Of a stretch of 32,000 bases of DNA, positions 19,722-29,909 are shown piece by piece. The stretch is from NCBI RefSeq assembly GCF_000011805.1, contig NC_006840.2; one strand, given 5' to 3'. The notes under the pieces are model-generated. The model was not told the DNA's origin. It searched no databases and saw only the letters and a program-made list of their open reading frames with translations. A program made the position numbers and the translations under genes. The stretch comes from Aliivibrio fischeri ES114 (GTDB taxonomy: Bacteria; Pseudomonadota; Gammaproteobacteria; Enterobacterales; Vibrionaceae). Position 1 is the stretch's first letter, and each line of letters starts with the position of its first letter.

Positions 19722-20786
19722 TTAATAATTCGCTTCTATTTCTGTTGCAGGAAGCGCTTTCCACACAGCTTTCACTAATGTTGCTAATGGAATTGCAAAA
19801 AACACGCCCCAAAAGCCCCATAATCCACCAAAGACTAAAACAGAAACAATAATAGCCACAGGATGTAAATTAACCGCTTCAGAAAATAAAACGGGAACCA
19901 ACACATTACCATCCAGAGCCTGAATGATGGCATAAGCTAACAATAACCAATAAAAATCTGGCGTTAACCCCCATTGGAATAGAGCAACAATCGCAATAGG
20001 AACCGTTACAGCCGCAGCGCCAATATAAGGAATAAGCACAGAAAACCCCACCATTACGGCCAGTAATAAGGCGTAACGTAAATCCATAATAAAGAAGGTT
20101 AAATAGCTGACAGTCCCTACAATTAAAATTTCGACGACTTTACCTCGAATGTAATTACTTATCTGTTCATTCATCTCCAACCACACTTTCGTCGCCAGAC
20201 GACGATTTTTAGGTAAAAGATTACTCATAGTGCCAACCATCTCATCTTTATCTTTTAATAAGAAAAACACTAGCAGTGGTACAAGAATAAGATAAACACC
20301 AAGCGCTGCTAAACTTACTAATGATGATAGCGAGCCTTTGACTATGCTCTCTCCCATACCAAGTACTTTAACTCGTATTGTTTCTAATAGAGTCTCGATT
20401 GATTGAGGTTGAATAAATTCAGGGTAACGCTCAGGTAAACTTGATAAGAAACTATTTAAGCCATTAAACATGGATGGAACATCATTAATTAAGTTACCTA
20501 CTTGCGTCCAAATAGTCGGAACTAGACCAAAAACAGCCAATAACATGAGACTAATAAACAAGATAATAACCAACATTACTGAGAGTACTCTTGGTAAACC
20601 AATGCGAGTTAGTTTAGCAACAGGCCACTCTAATAAATACGCTAAGACTATGGCAACTAACAATGGCGCAATTAAGTGACCAAAAAAGTAAATAGTAATA
20701 AAGCCAACAATAAGGATAGCAGCCAAACTAACAGCATGAGGATCTGAAAAGCGGCGCTTATACCACTGGGTAACCATATCTAACAT
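19722..20786 (-). CDS. AI-2E family transporter / PerM-like permease
   Basis: 354-aa multi-pass membrane protein of the UPF0118/AI-2E type (YIGAAAVTVPIAIVALFQWG, HPVAIIVSVLVFGGLWGFWGVFFAIPLATLVKAV). Confidence 0.88.
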   Translation of the reverse strand: MLDMVTQWYKRRFSDPHAVSLAAILIVGFITIYFFGHLIAPLLVAIVLAYLLEWPVAKLTRIGLPRVLSVMLVIILFISLMLLAVFGLVPTIWTQVGNLINDVPSMFNGLNSFLSSLPERYPEFIQPQSIETLLETIRVKVLGMGESIVKGSLSSLVSLAALGVYLILVPLLVFFLLKDKDEMVGTMSNLLPKNRRLATKVWLEMNEQISNYIRGKVVEILIVGTVSYLTFFIMDLRYALLLAVMVGFSVLIPYIGAAAVTVPIAIVALFQWGLTPDFYWLLLAYAIIQALDGNVLVPVLFSEAVNLHPVAIIVSVLVFGGLWGFWGVFFAIPLATLVKAVWKALPATEIEANY

Positions 20787-20794
20787 AACAATTT

Positions 20795-21016
20795 CTACTT
20801 TTTAATTACGGTTAAAAACGAATAAGCATCTGCATGCTCTAGGCGAACTTCAAATAACTGACGTTCAAAATAAGCAATCATATCGGCTAAAGAAGCTTTG
20901 TCGACGACTTTAATTTGTAAGATTTCATTAGTCACCAAAGCCTGACTTGCTCTTTTAGCCAAAAGTAAAGACATTGGGCACCGATGTTGGGTTAAATCAA
21001 GGCTTTGGGTTTCCAT
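20795..21016 (-). CDS. TusA-like sulfurtransferase family protein
   Basis: 73-aa ORF with CPxxLL-type motif HRCPMSLLLAKRA. Confidence 0.8.
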   Translation of the reverse strand: METQSLDLTQHRCPMSLLLAKRASQALVTNEILQIKVVDKASLADMIAYFERQLFEVRLEHADAYSFLTVIKK

Positions 21017-21174
21017 TCCACCACTCTATATATATGATAGATTTCATTTAAGAGTATAAATCACATAATTAATACAAAAAAGAAACCTATTTTAATTTTG
21101 ATACTCTTATTCGACAGGTTTACGTTATCATCAATTAATAGCAAAGTGTTATTAAAAGGATTTGTTAAAAATAC

Positions 21175-22629
21175 ATGTTCAAACTAAAAAAACTGGCCAA
21201 TGGGTTACTTATTGCATCATTACTAACAAGCTCAATTCCGAGTTTTGCAAAAAATGATTTAAATTTACCTGATATTGGTACAACAGCGGCTTCCACCTTA
21301 ACCATAGATCAAGAGTTAATTTATGGTGATGCTTATATGCGTATGCTACGAGCAAGCCAACCTGTTATTAATGATCCAGTTTTAGCTGAATATGTACAAG
21401 ACTTAGGACATCGATTAGTTGCTAATGCCAATGATGTCAAAACGCCTTTTCACTTCTTTTTAATTAATAACAGAGAGATTAATGCATTTGCCTTCTTTGG
21501 TGGTTATGTCGCTCTTCATTCAGGGTTATTTTTGCATGCCCAAACAGAAAGTGAATTAGCTTCTGTTGTTGCTCACGAAATTGCACACATTACTCAACGC
21601 CACTTAGCTCGTAGTATGGAAGAACAAGCTCGTCGCTCTCCAGCCACAGTCGCTGCTTTAGTTGGTTCATTATTACTTGCTATTGCTGCACCAGAAGCAG
21701 GGATTGCAGCTATTCACGCCACTACAGCAGGAGCGATGCAAAGCTCAATAAACTATACTCGAAGCAACGAAAAAGAAGCTGACCGATTTGGTATTGATAC
21801 GCTTGCAAAATCAGGGTTTGACGTCTCTGCTATGCCTCGATTTTTTTCTCGTTTAGCAGACCAATATCGCTACGCAAGTACACCACCAGCAATGCTATTA
21901 ACTCACCCATTACCAACATCTCGTATTACCGATAGTCGAGAACGAGCACAGCAATATCCAATGAGACGAGTTGATACCTCATTACGTTACCATCTTGCAC
22001 GTTCACGTATTGTTGCTCGATTTGCAGGTATTGATAGCAGTGCGGCCTTGGATTGGTTCGCTCGAAAATCCAAAACACACAATACCGACATAAAACAAGC
22101 ATTAGAATATGGAAAAGTCTTGGTTTACATCGATTCAAAACAATACGACAAAGCGCAGCCATTAATAAATAAATTACTAAAAAATGATCCTTTAAATACG
22201 TTTTATATAGACGCGGCAACAGACTTAGATCTGTATACGAAGAAAAATGAACAAGCTCTAAAACGTTTAAAAGATGGGTTGGTACAACTTCCTAATAATC
22301 CAGTACTAACTATTAATTATGCACATGCATTAACAGAATCTAATAAACCTTCTGAAGCGGTGCGTGTATTACAACGCTATACACATGACCACCCAGATGA
22401 CCCCACTGGATGGCAACTCCTTGCTAAGGCTTATCATGACAATGGTAGCTCTGATGGGGAACTCGCAGCTCGTGCTGAAGTATACGCTTTAAAAGGCATG
22501 TGGAACAAAGCATTAAATAATTATACTCAAGCTAGCCAACTGGTTGAGTATGGTAGTTTAGATCAAGCTAGATACGACGCAAGAATCGATCAGCTTCGTT
22601 TATCAAGAGAGCGTTTTAGCGCCTTATAA
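21175..22629 (+). CDS. bepA: M48 metalloprotease with TPR domain, BepA/YfgC-like
   Basis: 484-aa ORF with signal peptide, HExxH (VVAHEIAHIT), EKEADRFGI and C-terminal TPR-like repeats. Confidence 0.92.
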   Translation: MFKLKKLANGLLIASLLTSSIPSFAKNDLNLPDIGTTAASTLTIDQELIYGDAYMRMLRASQPVINDPVLAEYVQDLGHRLVANANDVKTPFHFFLINNREINAFAFFGGYVALHSGLFLHAQTESELASVVAHEIAHITQRHLARSMEEQARRSPATVAALVGSLLLAIAAPEAGIAAIHATTAGAMQSSINYTRSNEKEADRFGIDTLAKSGFDVSAMPRFFSRLADQYRYASTPPAMLLTHPLPTSRITDSRERAQQYPMRRVDTSLRYHLARSRIVARFAGIDSSAALDWFARKSKTHNTDIKQALEYGKVLVYIDSKQYDKAQPLINKLLKNDPLNTFYIDAATDLDLYTKKNEQALKRLKDGLVQLPNNPVLTINYAHALTESNKPSEAVRVLQRYTHDHPDDPTGWQLLAKAYHDNGSSDGELAARAEVYALKGMWNKALNNYTQASQLVEYGSLDQARYDARIDQLRLSRERFSAL

Positions 22630-22644
22630 TAGAAAGGAAAGTAT

Positions 22645-22995
22645 ATGTCTGTTGTTATTTATCATAACCCTCGTTGCTCAAAAAGCCGCGAAACCTTATC
22701 TCTTCTAGAAGAAAAAGGGATCACGCCAAAAATCGTAAAATACTTAGATGAAACACCAAGTATCGACACATTAAAAACGATTTTCGCTCAGCTAGGTTTT
22801 AGTTCTGTTCGCGATATGATGCGCACAAAAGAAGCGGAATACAAAGAGCAAGGTTTAGCAGAAGCATCGATTACTGATGAGCAATTATTCGAAGCTATGG
22901 TGGCAACACCAAAACTCATTGAACGTCCAATTGTTACAAACAACAGTCAAGCAAGAATTGGACGCCCACCAGAGCAAGTGCTAGAGATTTTATAA
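22645..22995 (+). CDS. arsC: Arsenate reductase (glutaredoxin type), YfgD/ArsC-like
   Basis: 116-aa ORF: IYHNPRCSKSRETLSLLEEKG, ERPIVTNNSQARIGRPPEQVLEIL. Confidence 0.88.
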   Translation: MSVVIYHNPRCSKSRETLSLLEEKGITPKIVKYLDETPSIDTLKTIFAQLGFSSVRDMMRTKEAEYKEQGLAEASITDEQLFEAMVATPKLIERPIVTNNSQARIGRPPEQVLEIL

Positions 22996-23002
22996 GGAAT
23001 AC

Positions 23003-23038
23003 CAACCTAAGTAAGTAGCCACACACTTACTTAGGTTG
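23003..23038. repeat. Perfect 14-bp intergenic palindrome
   Basis: CAACCTAAGTAAGT-agccacac-ACTTACTTAGGTTG, preceded by GGAATAC; no T-tract. Confidence 0.75.
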
Positions 23039-23053
23039 ACATAAAAACAAGGA

Positions 23054-23488
23054 ATGAACATGGAATCAGTTGCAATGAGCGCAGAGACTAAGCGCTACCG
23101 TTTACTTGCTTTATTTTGTAATTTATCTCTACTTGGCTTTATTATCCTTTGGCATAGTCTACTTTCACCGCACCCTTTAATTAACTCATATGGCGTTACG
23201 ATTGCTTGGGTCATTCCCATGCTATTCCCATTAAAAGGAATCATTGAAGGAAAGCCTTACACACATGCTTGGGCGAACTTTATTTTAATGTTCTATTTCC
23301 TACATGCGTTAACAATCTTATGGCTAGACGAAGGGGAACGCTACCTAGCGGCTATTGAATTGGTTTTAACCACAGGAGCCTTCTTAGGCAATATTTACTA
23401 CGCTCGTCTAAGAGGCAAAGAATTAGGGTTAAAACTTAAACGGTTATCTGAAGTCGAAAAGCTAGAGAAAGAAAAGTTCACAGAATGA
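23054..23488 (+). CDS. DUF2069-like membrane protein (YfgC-arsC neighbourhood)
   Basis: 144-aa ORF with several TM helices (PLINSYGVTIAWVIPMLFPLKGIIEGKPYTHAWANFILMFYFLHALT). Confidence 0.75.
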   Translation: MNMESVAMSAETKRYRLLALFCNLSLLGFIILWHSLLSPHPLINSYGVTIAWVIPMLFPLKGIIEGKPYTHAWANFILMFYFLHALTILWLDEGERYLAAIELVLTTGAFLGNIYYARLRGKELGLKLKRLSEVEKLEKEKFTE

Positions 23489-23523
23489 GACCAATCACAG
23501 TAAGAGATCAGAGATAGCGAAAG

Positions 23524-23553
23524 AAAAAAGGTGACTATGCAGTCACCTTTTTT
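23524..23553. terminator. Bidirectional intrinsic terminator
   Basis: AAAAAAGGTGACT-atgc-AGTCACCTTTTTT. Confidence 0.9.
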
Positions 23554-23563
23554 ATCATCAATA

Positions 23564-24742
23564 TTATTTGCTACTCAATTGATAAGCATGAATAACAGGC
23601 ATTGTTTCTTCTGATTGTTCAGTTGTTTCAGATTCTTCAATAATAGGCTCTTCCATTGTTTGCTCTTCAGCAACAGGAGTAACTTGCTCTATTGCAGCAT
23701 CATTAACATCAAGCTCTGAATTTTCAATCGCTTTATCTTCTTCAATTACTTCAGGGATAAGGGAAAGCGCTTTATTTTTGCTTAGCAGCTCTTGGTTAAA
23801 TTGCTCAAAATCACCAAGTAAGTTTAGTGTGTAAGTCACTTTATTGCCTTGAATCGTATCAACTTGAACACTTGCAACTGAATTTAATTGCTTAAGTTGT
23901 TTTTCAATCGTAAAGAATGCTCGTGTTGAATGAACTCCTTCAATTGAAATCATCTCAGACTGACTAACTACAGCCCCTAAATTTTTAGTGTATTTCTTGG
24001 CAAAGTAATCACTAACATTATTTACCATATCAGCAAGTTGAACCGCTCCAGATTCTCGACCTTCTAACGGTTTTGTTGATGTCGTAGGCAAATATTGTGG
24101 CGTAGTATCAAATAATGTCCAAGATGAACTATTACCGCGCACTTTTACCACAAGAATAGCTTGAGGGTTATAACGTTCACTTGCATCAGCAATCGGCTTT
24201 TTAAAGTTACCCCATAAGTCTGGAATTTCAATTGATGTTACATCATCAAAATCACCAACAGGGAACATAACAGGCAATCCACGCTCATTTGCCGCTTCTT
24301 TAATTCGTGTAATTAACGAATTATTTGATTGCTCCCAAATGATGCTTCTTTGATAGTTATATTCATTAACAATCCAAACCAATACCGACTTACGAGGCGT
24401 TTCCCAAATACTTTGCTCAGATTGAGTCAGTAGGTTAAGTACCATTTTAGAATTATAACCAAGCTTCATAGCACGAGGGGCATTGTCATATTCAACAAAA
24501 CTCATTTGTGTTACGTAGCGATCACTTTGTGTTAGCGCTTTTTTTATCACCTCATTTCGAGCAATATCAGTTTGCCCTGATACCTTGATAAGCACATTCA
24601 CTAAACCTTCTTGTTTAGCAATATTTTCAGCTTTATCAGATCCTGTTAATTGCACTTCAGTATGATAAAGATCGTTTTGCTGTTGAGCAAAAACCGGTCC
24701 TACAACCATACACATTAATAAACACAAAATACGTAACATCAA
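23564..24742 (-). CDS. Exported protein, DUF2066-like
   Basis: 392-aa ORF with signal peptide MMLRILCLLMCMVVGPVFA; acidic C-terminal tail; family recalled, not searched. Confidence 0.7.
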   Translation of the reverse strand: MMLRILCLLMCMVVGPVFAQQQNDLYHTEVQLTGSDKAENIAKQEGLVNVLIKVSGQTDIARNEVIKKALTQSDRYVTQMSFVEYDNAPRAMKLGYNSKMVLNLLTQSEQSIWETPRKSVLVWIVNEYNYQRSIIWEQSNNSLITRIKEAANERGLPVMFPVGDFDDVTSIEIPDLWGNFKKPIADASERYNPQAILVVKVRGNSSSWTLFDTTPQYLPTTSTKPLEGRESGAVQLADMVNNVSDYFAKKYTKNLGAVVSQSEMISIEGVHSTRAFFTIEKQLKQLNSVASVQVDTIQGNKVTYTLNLLGDFEQFNQELLSKNKALSLIPEVIEEDKAIENSELDVNDAAIEQVTPVAEEQTMEEPIIEESETTEQSEETMPVIHAYQLSSK

Positions 24743-24939
24743 ACAACCTATAATTACTTTTATAATTTACCGCCGATAATAAGGGCTATCCCTTTATTCA
24801 GCAAGGAATTGAATTGACCAAGATCTAAATTTCATACCATTAGAGAGCAACTTTTATAAAAAGTTTTATTTTTTCACGACCGAAATCAAGATATTTTTAT
24901 TTCTAATAATGATAGAATCCCTCAAATTCACTACTGGAA

Positions 24940-26196
24940 ATGGAAATGCTTTATAATTTATTTCAGGGATTTCAAATGCTATTTGTTGCATTTGGTGCAC
25001 TTGTACTTGTCCCCCTCCTTACTGGCCTAGATCCCAATGTTGCTCTGTTTGGTGCTGGTGTCGGTACCCTACTCTTTCAATTAGTTACACGTCGTTCTGT
25101 TCCTATCTTCCTCGCTTCTTCCTTTGCTTTTATCGCTCCAATTATCTACGGAACCCAAACATGGGGGATCCCTGCTACAATGGGTGGCCTAATGGTTGCA
25201 GGTTTAGTTTATGTCGCTTTGGGCGCTGTAATTAAAGTAAGAGGTGTGGCTTTTATCCATAAGTTACTGCCACCAGTTGTTGTTGGCCCAGTTATTATGG
25301 TAATTGGTTTAGGATTAGCACCAACAGCTGTAAATATGGCACTAGGTAAAACAGGCGATGGTGCTTATCAACTTGTTGATGGTCAATTAGCGATGTGGAT
25401 TGCTGCGGCTTCATTATTTACTACGATTGCCGTTAGTGTTTTTGCAAAAGGTTTCTTTAAGCTTCTTCCAATTATTTCAGGCATCATAGTTGGCTACTCT
25501 CTTAGCCTTATCTTTGGTGTTGTTGATTTTACCCCAGTTCATCAAGCCGCTTGGTTTGCACTACCAAACTTCACTTTCCCTGAGTTCAACATTAATGCGA
25601 TTCTGTTTATGATCCCAGTTGCAATTGCACCTGCTGTTGAACACGTTGGTGACATGCTTGCAATTTCAAACGTGACAGGGAAAGATTACCTTAAAAAACC
25701 AGGGTTACACCGCACTATCACAGGCGACGGTATTGCAACAATGGCCGCTTCTTTCATTGGTGCGCCACCAAATACAACATACAGTGAAGTGACCGGCGCC
25801 GTAATGCTGACTAAAGCTTTTAACCCTGTAATCATGACATGGGCAGCTGTGTGCGCCATTGTTCTTGCGTTAGTTGGTAAATTAGGTGCAATGCTACAAA
25901 CCATTCCAGTTCCTGTGATGGGTGGAATTATGATCTTATTATTTGGTTCTATTGCAACAGTAGGTCTAAATACGTTGATTAAAAACCAAGTTGACTTGCA
26001 TAAGGCTCGTAATCTTACGATTGTTGGTGTAACGCTTGTTTTCGGTATTGGTGGTATGGCAGTAGGTATTGGTGACTTCAATCTTCAAGGTGTAAGTCTT
26101 TGCGGTATCGTTGCTATTACTCTGAACTTAATTCTTCCAAATGACTTAGGTGAAAGCCACGTTGTTGATAATGCACAAATGGAAGAAGATAAATAG
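24940..26196 (+). CDS. uraA: Uracil permease
   Basis: 418-aa nucleobase:cation symporter-2 family protein; PVVVGPVIMVIGLGLA and GAPPNTTYSEVTGAV motifs; next to upp. Confidence 0.92.
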   Translation: MEMLYNLFQGFQMLFVAFGALVLVPLLTGLDPNVALFGAGVGTLLFQLVTRRSVPIFLASSFAFIAPIIYGTQTWGIPATMGGLMVAGLVYVALGAVIKVRGVAFIHKLLPPVVVGPVIMVIGLGLAPTAVNMALGKTGDGAYQLVDGQLAMWIAAASLFTTIAVSVFAKGFFKLLPIISGIIVGYSLSLIFGVVDFTPVHQAAWFALPNFTFPEFNINAILFMIPVAIAPAVEHVGDMLAISNVTGKDYLKKPGLHRTITGDGIATMAASFIGAPPNTTYSEVTGAVMLTKAFNPVIMTWAAVCAIVLALVGKLGAMLQTIPVPVMGGIMILLFGSIATVGLNTLIKNQVDLHKARNLTIVGVTLVFGIGGMAVGIGDFNLQGVSLCGIVAITLNLILPNDLGESHVVDNAQMEEDK

Positions 26197-26221
26197 ATTA
26201 AGGGGTTAGGGTCTAGATAAT

Positions 26222-26256
26222 AAAAAGGCTTGATGATTAATTCATCAAGCCTTTTT
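26222..26256. terminator. Bidirectional intrinsic terminator between uraA and upp
   Basis: AAAAAGGCTTGATGA-ttaat-TCATCAAGCCTTTTT. Confidence 0.92.
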
Positions 26257-26287
26257 TTAATTCTTCATTTCTAGTTTCTAAACTAAA

Positions 26288-26914
26288 TTATTTAGTACCG
26301 AAGATCTTATCACCCGCATCGCCTAGACCAGGTACGATGTAACCTTTGTCATTTAGCTTCTCATCAATAGCGGCGGTGTAAAGCTCTACATCTGGGTGCG
26401 CTTTTTCTAATGCTTCAATACCTTCTGGAGCAGCAACAAGCACAAGAACTTTAAAGTGCTTACAACCTTTCTCCTTAAGAAGATCCAGAGTTGCAATCAT
26501 AGAACCGCCAGTTGCTAACATTGGGTCAACAACAAGAGCAATACGCTCATCGATGTTAGAAGCCAATTTGTTGAAGTATGGTACAGGTTCTAGTGTTTCT
26601 TCGTCACGGTAAATACCAACAACACTGATACGTGCGCTTGGGATATGCTCAAGAACACCATCCATCATACCAAGACCAGCACGAAGAATTGGAACAACAG
26701 TTACTTTTTTACCTTTAATTTGGTCAACTTCAACAGGGCCATTCCAGCCGTTGATAGTTACTTTTTCTGTTTCAAAATCTGATGTTGCTTCATAAGTAAG
26801 TAGGCTACCTACTTCCGTTGCTAATTCACGGAAACGTTTAGTACTGATCTCGCCTTCGCGCATTAAACCAATTTTATGTTTTATTAGCGGGTGTTTTACT
26901 TCAACAACTTTCAT
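26288..26914 (-). CDS. upp: Uracil phosphoribosyltransferase
   Basis: [20 protein letters not shown]...; PRPP-binding [10 protein letters not shown]. Start set at the internal Met; the ORF track extends to 26932. Confidence 0.96.
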   Translation of the reverse strand: MKVVEVKHPLIKHKIGLMREGEISTKRFRELATEVGSLLTYEATSDFETEKVTINGWNGPVEVDQIKGKKVTVVPILRAGLGMMDGVLEHIPSARISVVGIYRDEETLEPVPYFNKLASNIDERIALVVDPMLATGGSMIATLDLLKEKGCKHFKVLVLVAAPEGIEALEKAHPDVELYTAAIDEKLNDKGYIVPGLGDAGDKIFGTK

Positions 26915-27059
26915 TTCTGACTCCAGATACATTAATCAAACCTTCTAATTATACATACTTTTTCATTAAAAAATTAAGTTATATGAAAATAATTCACTAG
27001 TATTGAAATCGTTTACCGAGTTTATTATTTTTTATTACAAAAATTATGCAAAATTCCTT

Positions 27060-27075
27060 ACGCAAACGTTTCCCT
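27060..27075. promoter_or_regulatory. PurR-type operator upstream of purM
   Basis: ACGCAAACGTTTCCCT, a near-perfect match to the gammaproteobacterial PurR box ACGCAAACGTTTNCNT. Confidence 0.85.
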
Positions 27076-27139
27076 TTTTACATTGTGCTGTTAGAATGGC
27101 GCGGATTTTTGAAATCCAACCTATGGCGAGGACACCTCC

Positions 27140-28180
27140 GTGAGCGACAACAAAACTTCTCTTAGCTACAAAGATGCTGGCGTAGACATTGATGCTGGTA
27201 ATGCACTTGTTGATCGAATTAAAGGCGTAGTAAAACGCACTCGTCGTCCAGAAGTAATGGGCGGCATTGGTGGTTTTGGTGCGTTATGTGAACTTCCGAC
27301 GAAATACAAGCAACCACTTTTAGTTTCTGGTACTGATGGCGTAGGTACAAAACTTCGTCTAGCACTCGATTTAAATAAGCACGATACCATTGGTATTGAC
27401 TTAGTTGCTATGTGTGTAAATGACCTAATTGTTCAAGGTGCTGAGCCACTTTTCTTCCTTGATTACTATGCAACAGGCAAACTTGATGTTGATGTTGCTG
27501 CTGAAGTAGTTACAGGCATTGGTGAAGGCTGTATTCAAGCCGGTTGTGCATTGATTGGTGGTGAAACCGCTGAAATGCCAGGTATGTATGAAGGCGAAGA
27601 TTACGATGTTGCTGGCTTCTGTGTTGGTGTTGTAGAAAAAGAAGACGTTATTGACGGAACTAAAGTTGCCGCTGGTGACGCTCTTATCGCTGTAGGTTCA
27701 AGTGGCCCACACTCAAACGGTTACTCATTAATTCGTAAGATCCTTGAAGTATCAAACGCTGATCTTAACGAAGAGTTAAATGGAAAAACTATTGCTGCTC
27801 ACCTAATTGAACCAACGAAAATCTATATTAAATCAGCGCTTAAGATGATTGCTGAGCATGATATTCATGCTATCTCACACATCACTGGCGGTGGTTTCTG
27901 GGAAAATATTCCACGCGTTTTACCACAAGGCACAAAAGCTGTCGTAGATGGTAGCAGTTGGGAATGGCCTGCTATTTTCAACTGGTTACAAGAAAAAGGT
28001 AACGTTGATACCTACGAAATGTACCGCACTTTCAACTGTGGTGTAGGTCTTGTTGTTGCACTTCCAAAAGAGCAAGCTGAACAAGCGGTTGCTTTATTAA
28101 ATGCTGAAGGCGAAAACGCTTGGGTTATCGGCGAAATTGCAGCAGCAGAGCAAGGCGAAGAACAAGTAGAGATCCGTTAA
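27140..28180 (+). CDS. purM: Phosphoribosylformylglycinamidine cyclo-ligase
   Basis: 346-aa ORF: [61 protein letters not shown]. Confidence 0.98.
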   Translation: MSDNKTSLSYKDAGVDIDAGNALVDRIKGVVKRTRRPEVMGGIGGFGALCELPTKYKQPLLVSGTDGVGTKLRLALDLNKHDTIGIDLVAMCVNDLIVQGAEPLFFLDYYATGKLDVDVAAEVVTGIGEGCIQAGCALIGGETAEMPGMYEGEDYDVAGFCVGVVEKEDVIDGTKVAAGDALIAVGSSGPHSNGYSLIRKILEVSNADLNEELNGKTIAAHLIEPTKIYIKSALKMIAEHDIHAISHITGGGFWENIPRVLPQGTKAVVDGSSWEWPAIFNWLQEKGNVDTYEMYRTFNCGVGLVVALPKEQAEQAVALLNAEGENAWVIGEIAAAEQGEEQVEIR

Positions 28181-28219
28181 TCGTTCTTTAAACTTTGACT
28201 TAGTTCATAAAGAAAAAAT

Positions 28220-28249
28220 AAAAGGTGATCATTTAATCGATCACCTTTT
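28220..28249 (+). terminator. Hairpin with T-tract between purM and purN
   Basis: AAAAGGTGATC-atttaatc-GATCACCTTTT followed by TT. Confidence 0.75.
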
Positions 28250-28303
28250 TTATAGCTATTATTTATGTTCGAATAGTTCTCATTACAAATTAAAAAGATA
28301 GGT

Positions 28304-28945
28304 ATGATGAAGAATATTGTTGTTTTAGTTTCAGGTAATGGCAGCAACTTACAAGCCTTTATTGATGCTTGTGGCAATAAAATCCCTAATGCACGTATCG
28401 CTGCTGTTATTTCTAACAAAAGTGATGCTTACGGATTACAGAGAGCCATTGATGCTGATATTAATGTGCATTCTTTAAATGCCAAAGCATATGACAGTCG
28501 TGAGCTATATGATGACGCTCTAGCTACTCTAATCGATCTTCACAAACCCGATATCATTATCCTTGCTGGATTCATGCGAATTTTAAGTGAAGCATTTGTC
28601 ACTCGATACCAAGGAAAAATGCTCAATATCCACCCTTCTCTTTTGCCAAAATACACGGGATTACATACTCATCAACGTGCTATTGATGCTGGAGATAAAG
28701 AGCATGGAACAAGTGTGCATTTCGTCACTCCAGAATTAGATGGTGGACCTGTTATCCTTCAAGCTAAAGTTCCTATCTTTGAAAATGATAATGCAGAAGA
28801 TGTAGCATCTCGTGTACAAGCCCAAGAACATGTCATTTACCCTATGGTAGCGAATTGGTTGGTAGAAGAAAGATTAACCATGGTCGATGGGAAAGCGATT
28901 CTTGATGGTACCGAATTAGGTCTATCCGGTTTAGAGACAGAATAG
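28304..28945 (+). CDS. purN: Phosphoribosylglycinamide formyltransferase
   Basis: 213-aa ORF: VLVSGNGSNLQAFIDA, HPSLLPKYTGLHTHQRAIDAGDKEHG, VHFVTPELDGGPVI. Confidence 0.95.
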   Translation: MMKNIVVLVSGNGSNLQAFIDACGNKIPNARIAAVISNKSDAYGLQRAIDADINVHSLNAKAYDSRELYDDALATLIDLHKPDIIILAGFMRILSEAFVTRYQGKMLNIHPSLLPKYTGLHTHQRAIDAGDKEHGTSVHFVTPELDGGPVILQAKVPIFENDNAEDVASRVQAQEHVIYPMVANWLVEERLTMVDGKAILDGTELGLSGLETE

Positions 28946-28950
28946 ATACA

Positions 28951-28982
28951 AAAAAGCCGCTTAAATAACTAAGCGGCTTTTT
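28951..28982. terminator. Bidirectional intrinsic terminator after purN
   Basis: AAAAAGCCGCTTA-aataac-TAAGCGGCTTTTT. Confidence 0.92.
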
Positions 28983-29003
28983 AAGTTCTATGTACTTTTA
29001 ATG

Positions 29004-29837
29004 CTAAAGAGCACTATTTACTGGACACTCAGATGGAGGTGGTGCCATGTCAGGAACCGTATCGTGGTTTCCTGCACTCAGCTCTCCAAAGTGAAACAAC
29101 GCGTACTCACCGACTTTCATTTTACGCCACTCTTCGTTATCCGTTAGAGGCTGCGTTGCAATAATCGAAACAACATCATTAGGCGTTGTCTCTTTATGAA
29201 AATCAATCGTTACGTCTTCATCAATTAAGGAGGCTTGACCGAAAGGTGCTCTTCGAGTTATCCAATGCAAATTATTTGAACAGTAAGTCATCACATACTC
29301 ACCATCACTTAATAGCATATTGAATACCCCTAAGCTTCTTAAATGATCACTACACTCAGAAACAAACTCAAACATCAGCATCATATCTTGAGGAGGTTCA
29401 GGATACTTATCTTCTAATTGATTTAATAACCAACAAAAAGCACGTTCACTGTCTGTCTCACCAACAGGTCGAAAACGCCCTGTAGATAATTGGTCGAACC
29501 CCGTTAGTTGACCATTGTGAGCAAACGTCCAATACTTCCCCCATAACTCACGAGTAAAAGGGTGTGTATTTTCAAGGTTTACATCACCTCGGTTCGCTTG
29601 CCTAATGTGACTGACTACCGCTTTACTCTTAATAGGGTAATCTTGAACAAGTTCAGCTATTTTTGAATGACAACTTGGCGTAGGGTCTTTAAATGTACGA
29701 AATCCTTTCCCTTCATAAAAAGTAATTCCCCAACCATCACGGTGTGGTCCTGTATTACCACCACGCTGAACTAATCCTTTAAAACTAAAACAAATATCTG
29801 TTGGTACATTAGCACTCATTCCGAGCAGTTCACACAT
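29004..29837 (-). CDS. Class II glutamine amidotransferase, YafJ-like
   Basis: 277-aa ORF starting MCELLGMSANVPTDICFSF; GPHRDGWG and HIRQANRG motifs. Confidence 0.9.
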   Translation of the reverse strand: MCELLGMSANVPTDICFSFKGLVQRGGNTGPHRDGWGITFYEGKGFRTFKDPTPSCHSKIAELVQDYPIKSKAVVSHIRQANRGDVNLENTHPFTRELWGKYWTFAHNGQLTGFDQLSTGRFRPVGETDSERAFCWLLNQLEDKYPEPPQDMMLMFEFVSECSDHLRSLGVFNMLLSDGEYVMTYCSNNLHWITRRAPFGQASLIDEDVTIDFHKETTPNDVVSIIATQPLTDNEEWRKMKVGEYALFHFGELSAGNHDTVPDMAPPPSECPVNSAL

Positions 29838-29909
29838 ACTTGCGTTACTCCTTTATGCGCAAAATAGCCTATCTCAATATATAAATATCAAGATAGGCTG
29901 CAAGATAGA

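Noticed and set aside
25686-26081. 131-aa minus-strand ORF inside uraA
   Set aside because: Proline/isoleucine-rich antisense shadow of a membrane-transporter gene.
28177-28419. 80-aa minus-strand ORF crossing the purM-purN gap
   Set aside because: Overlaps the hairpin and the purN start; no recognisable motif.
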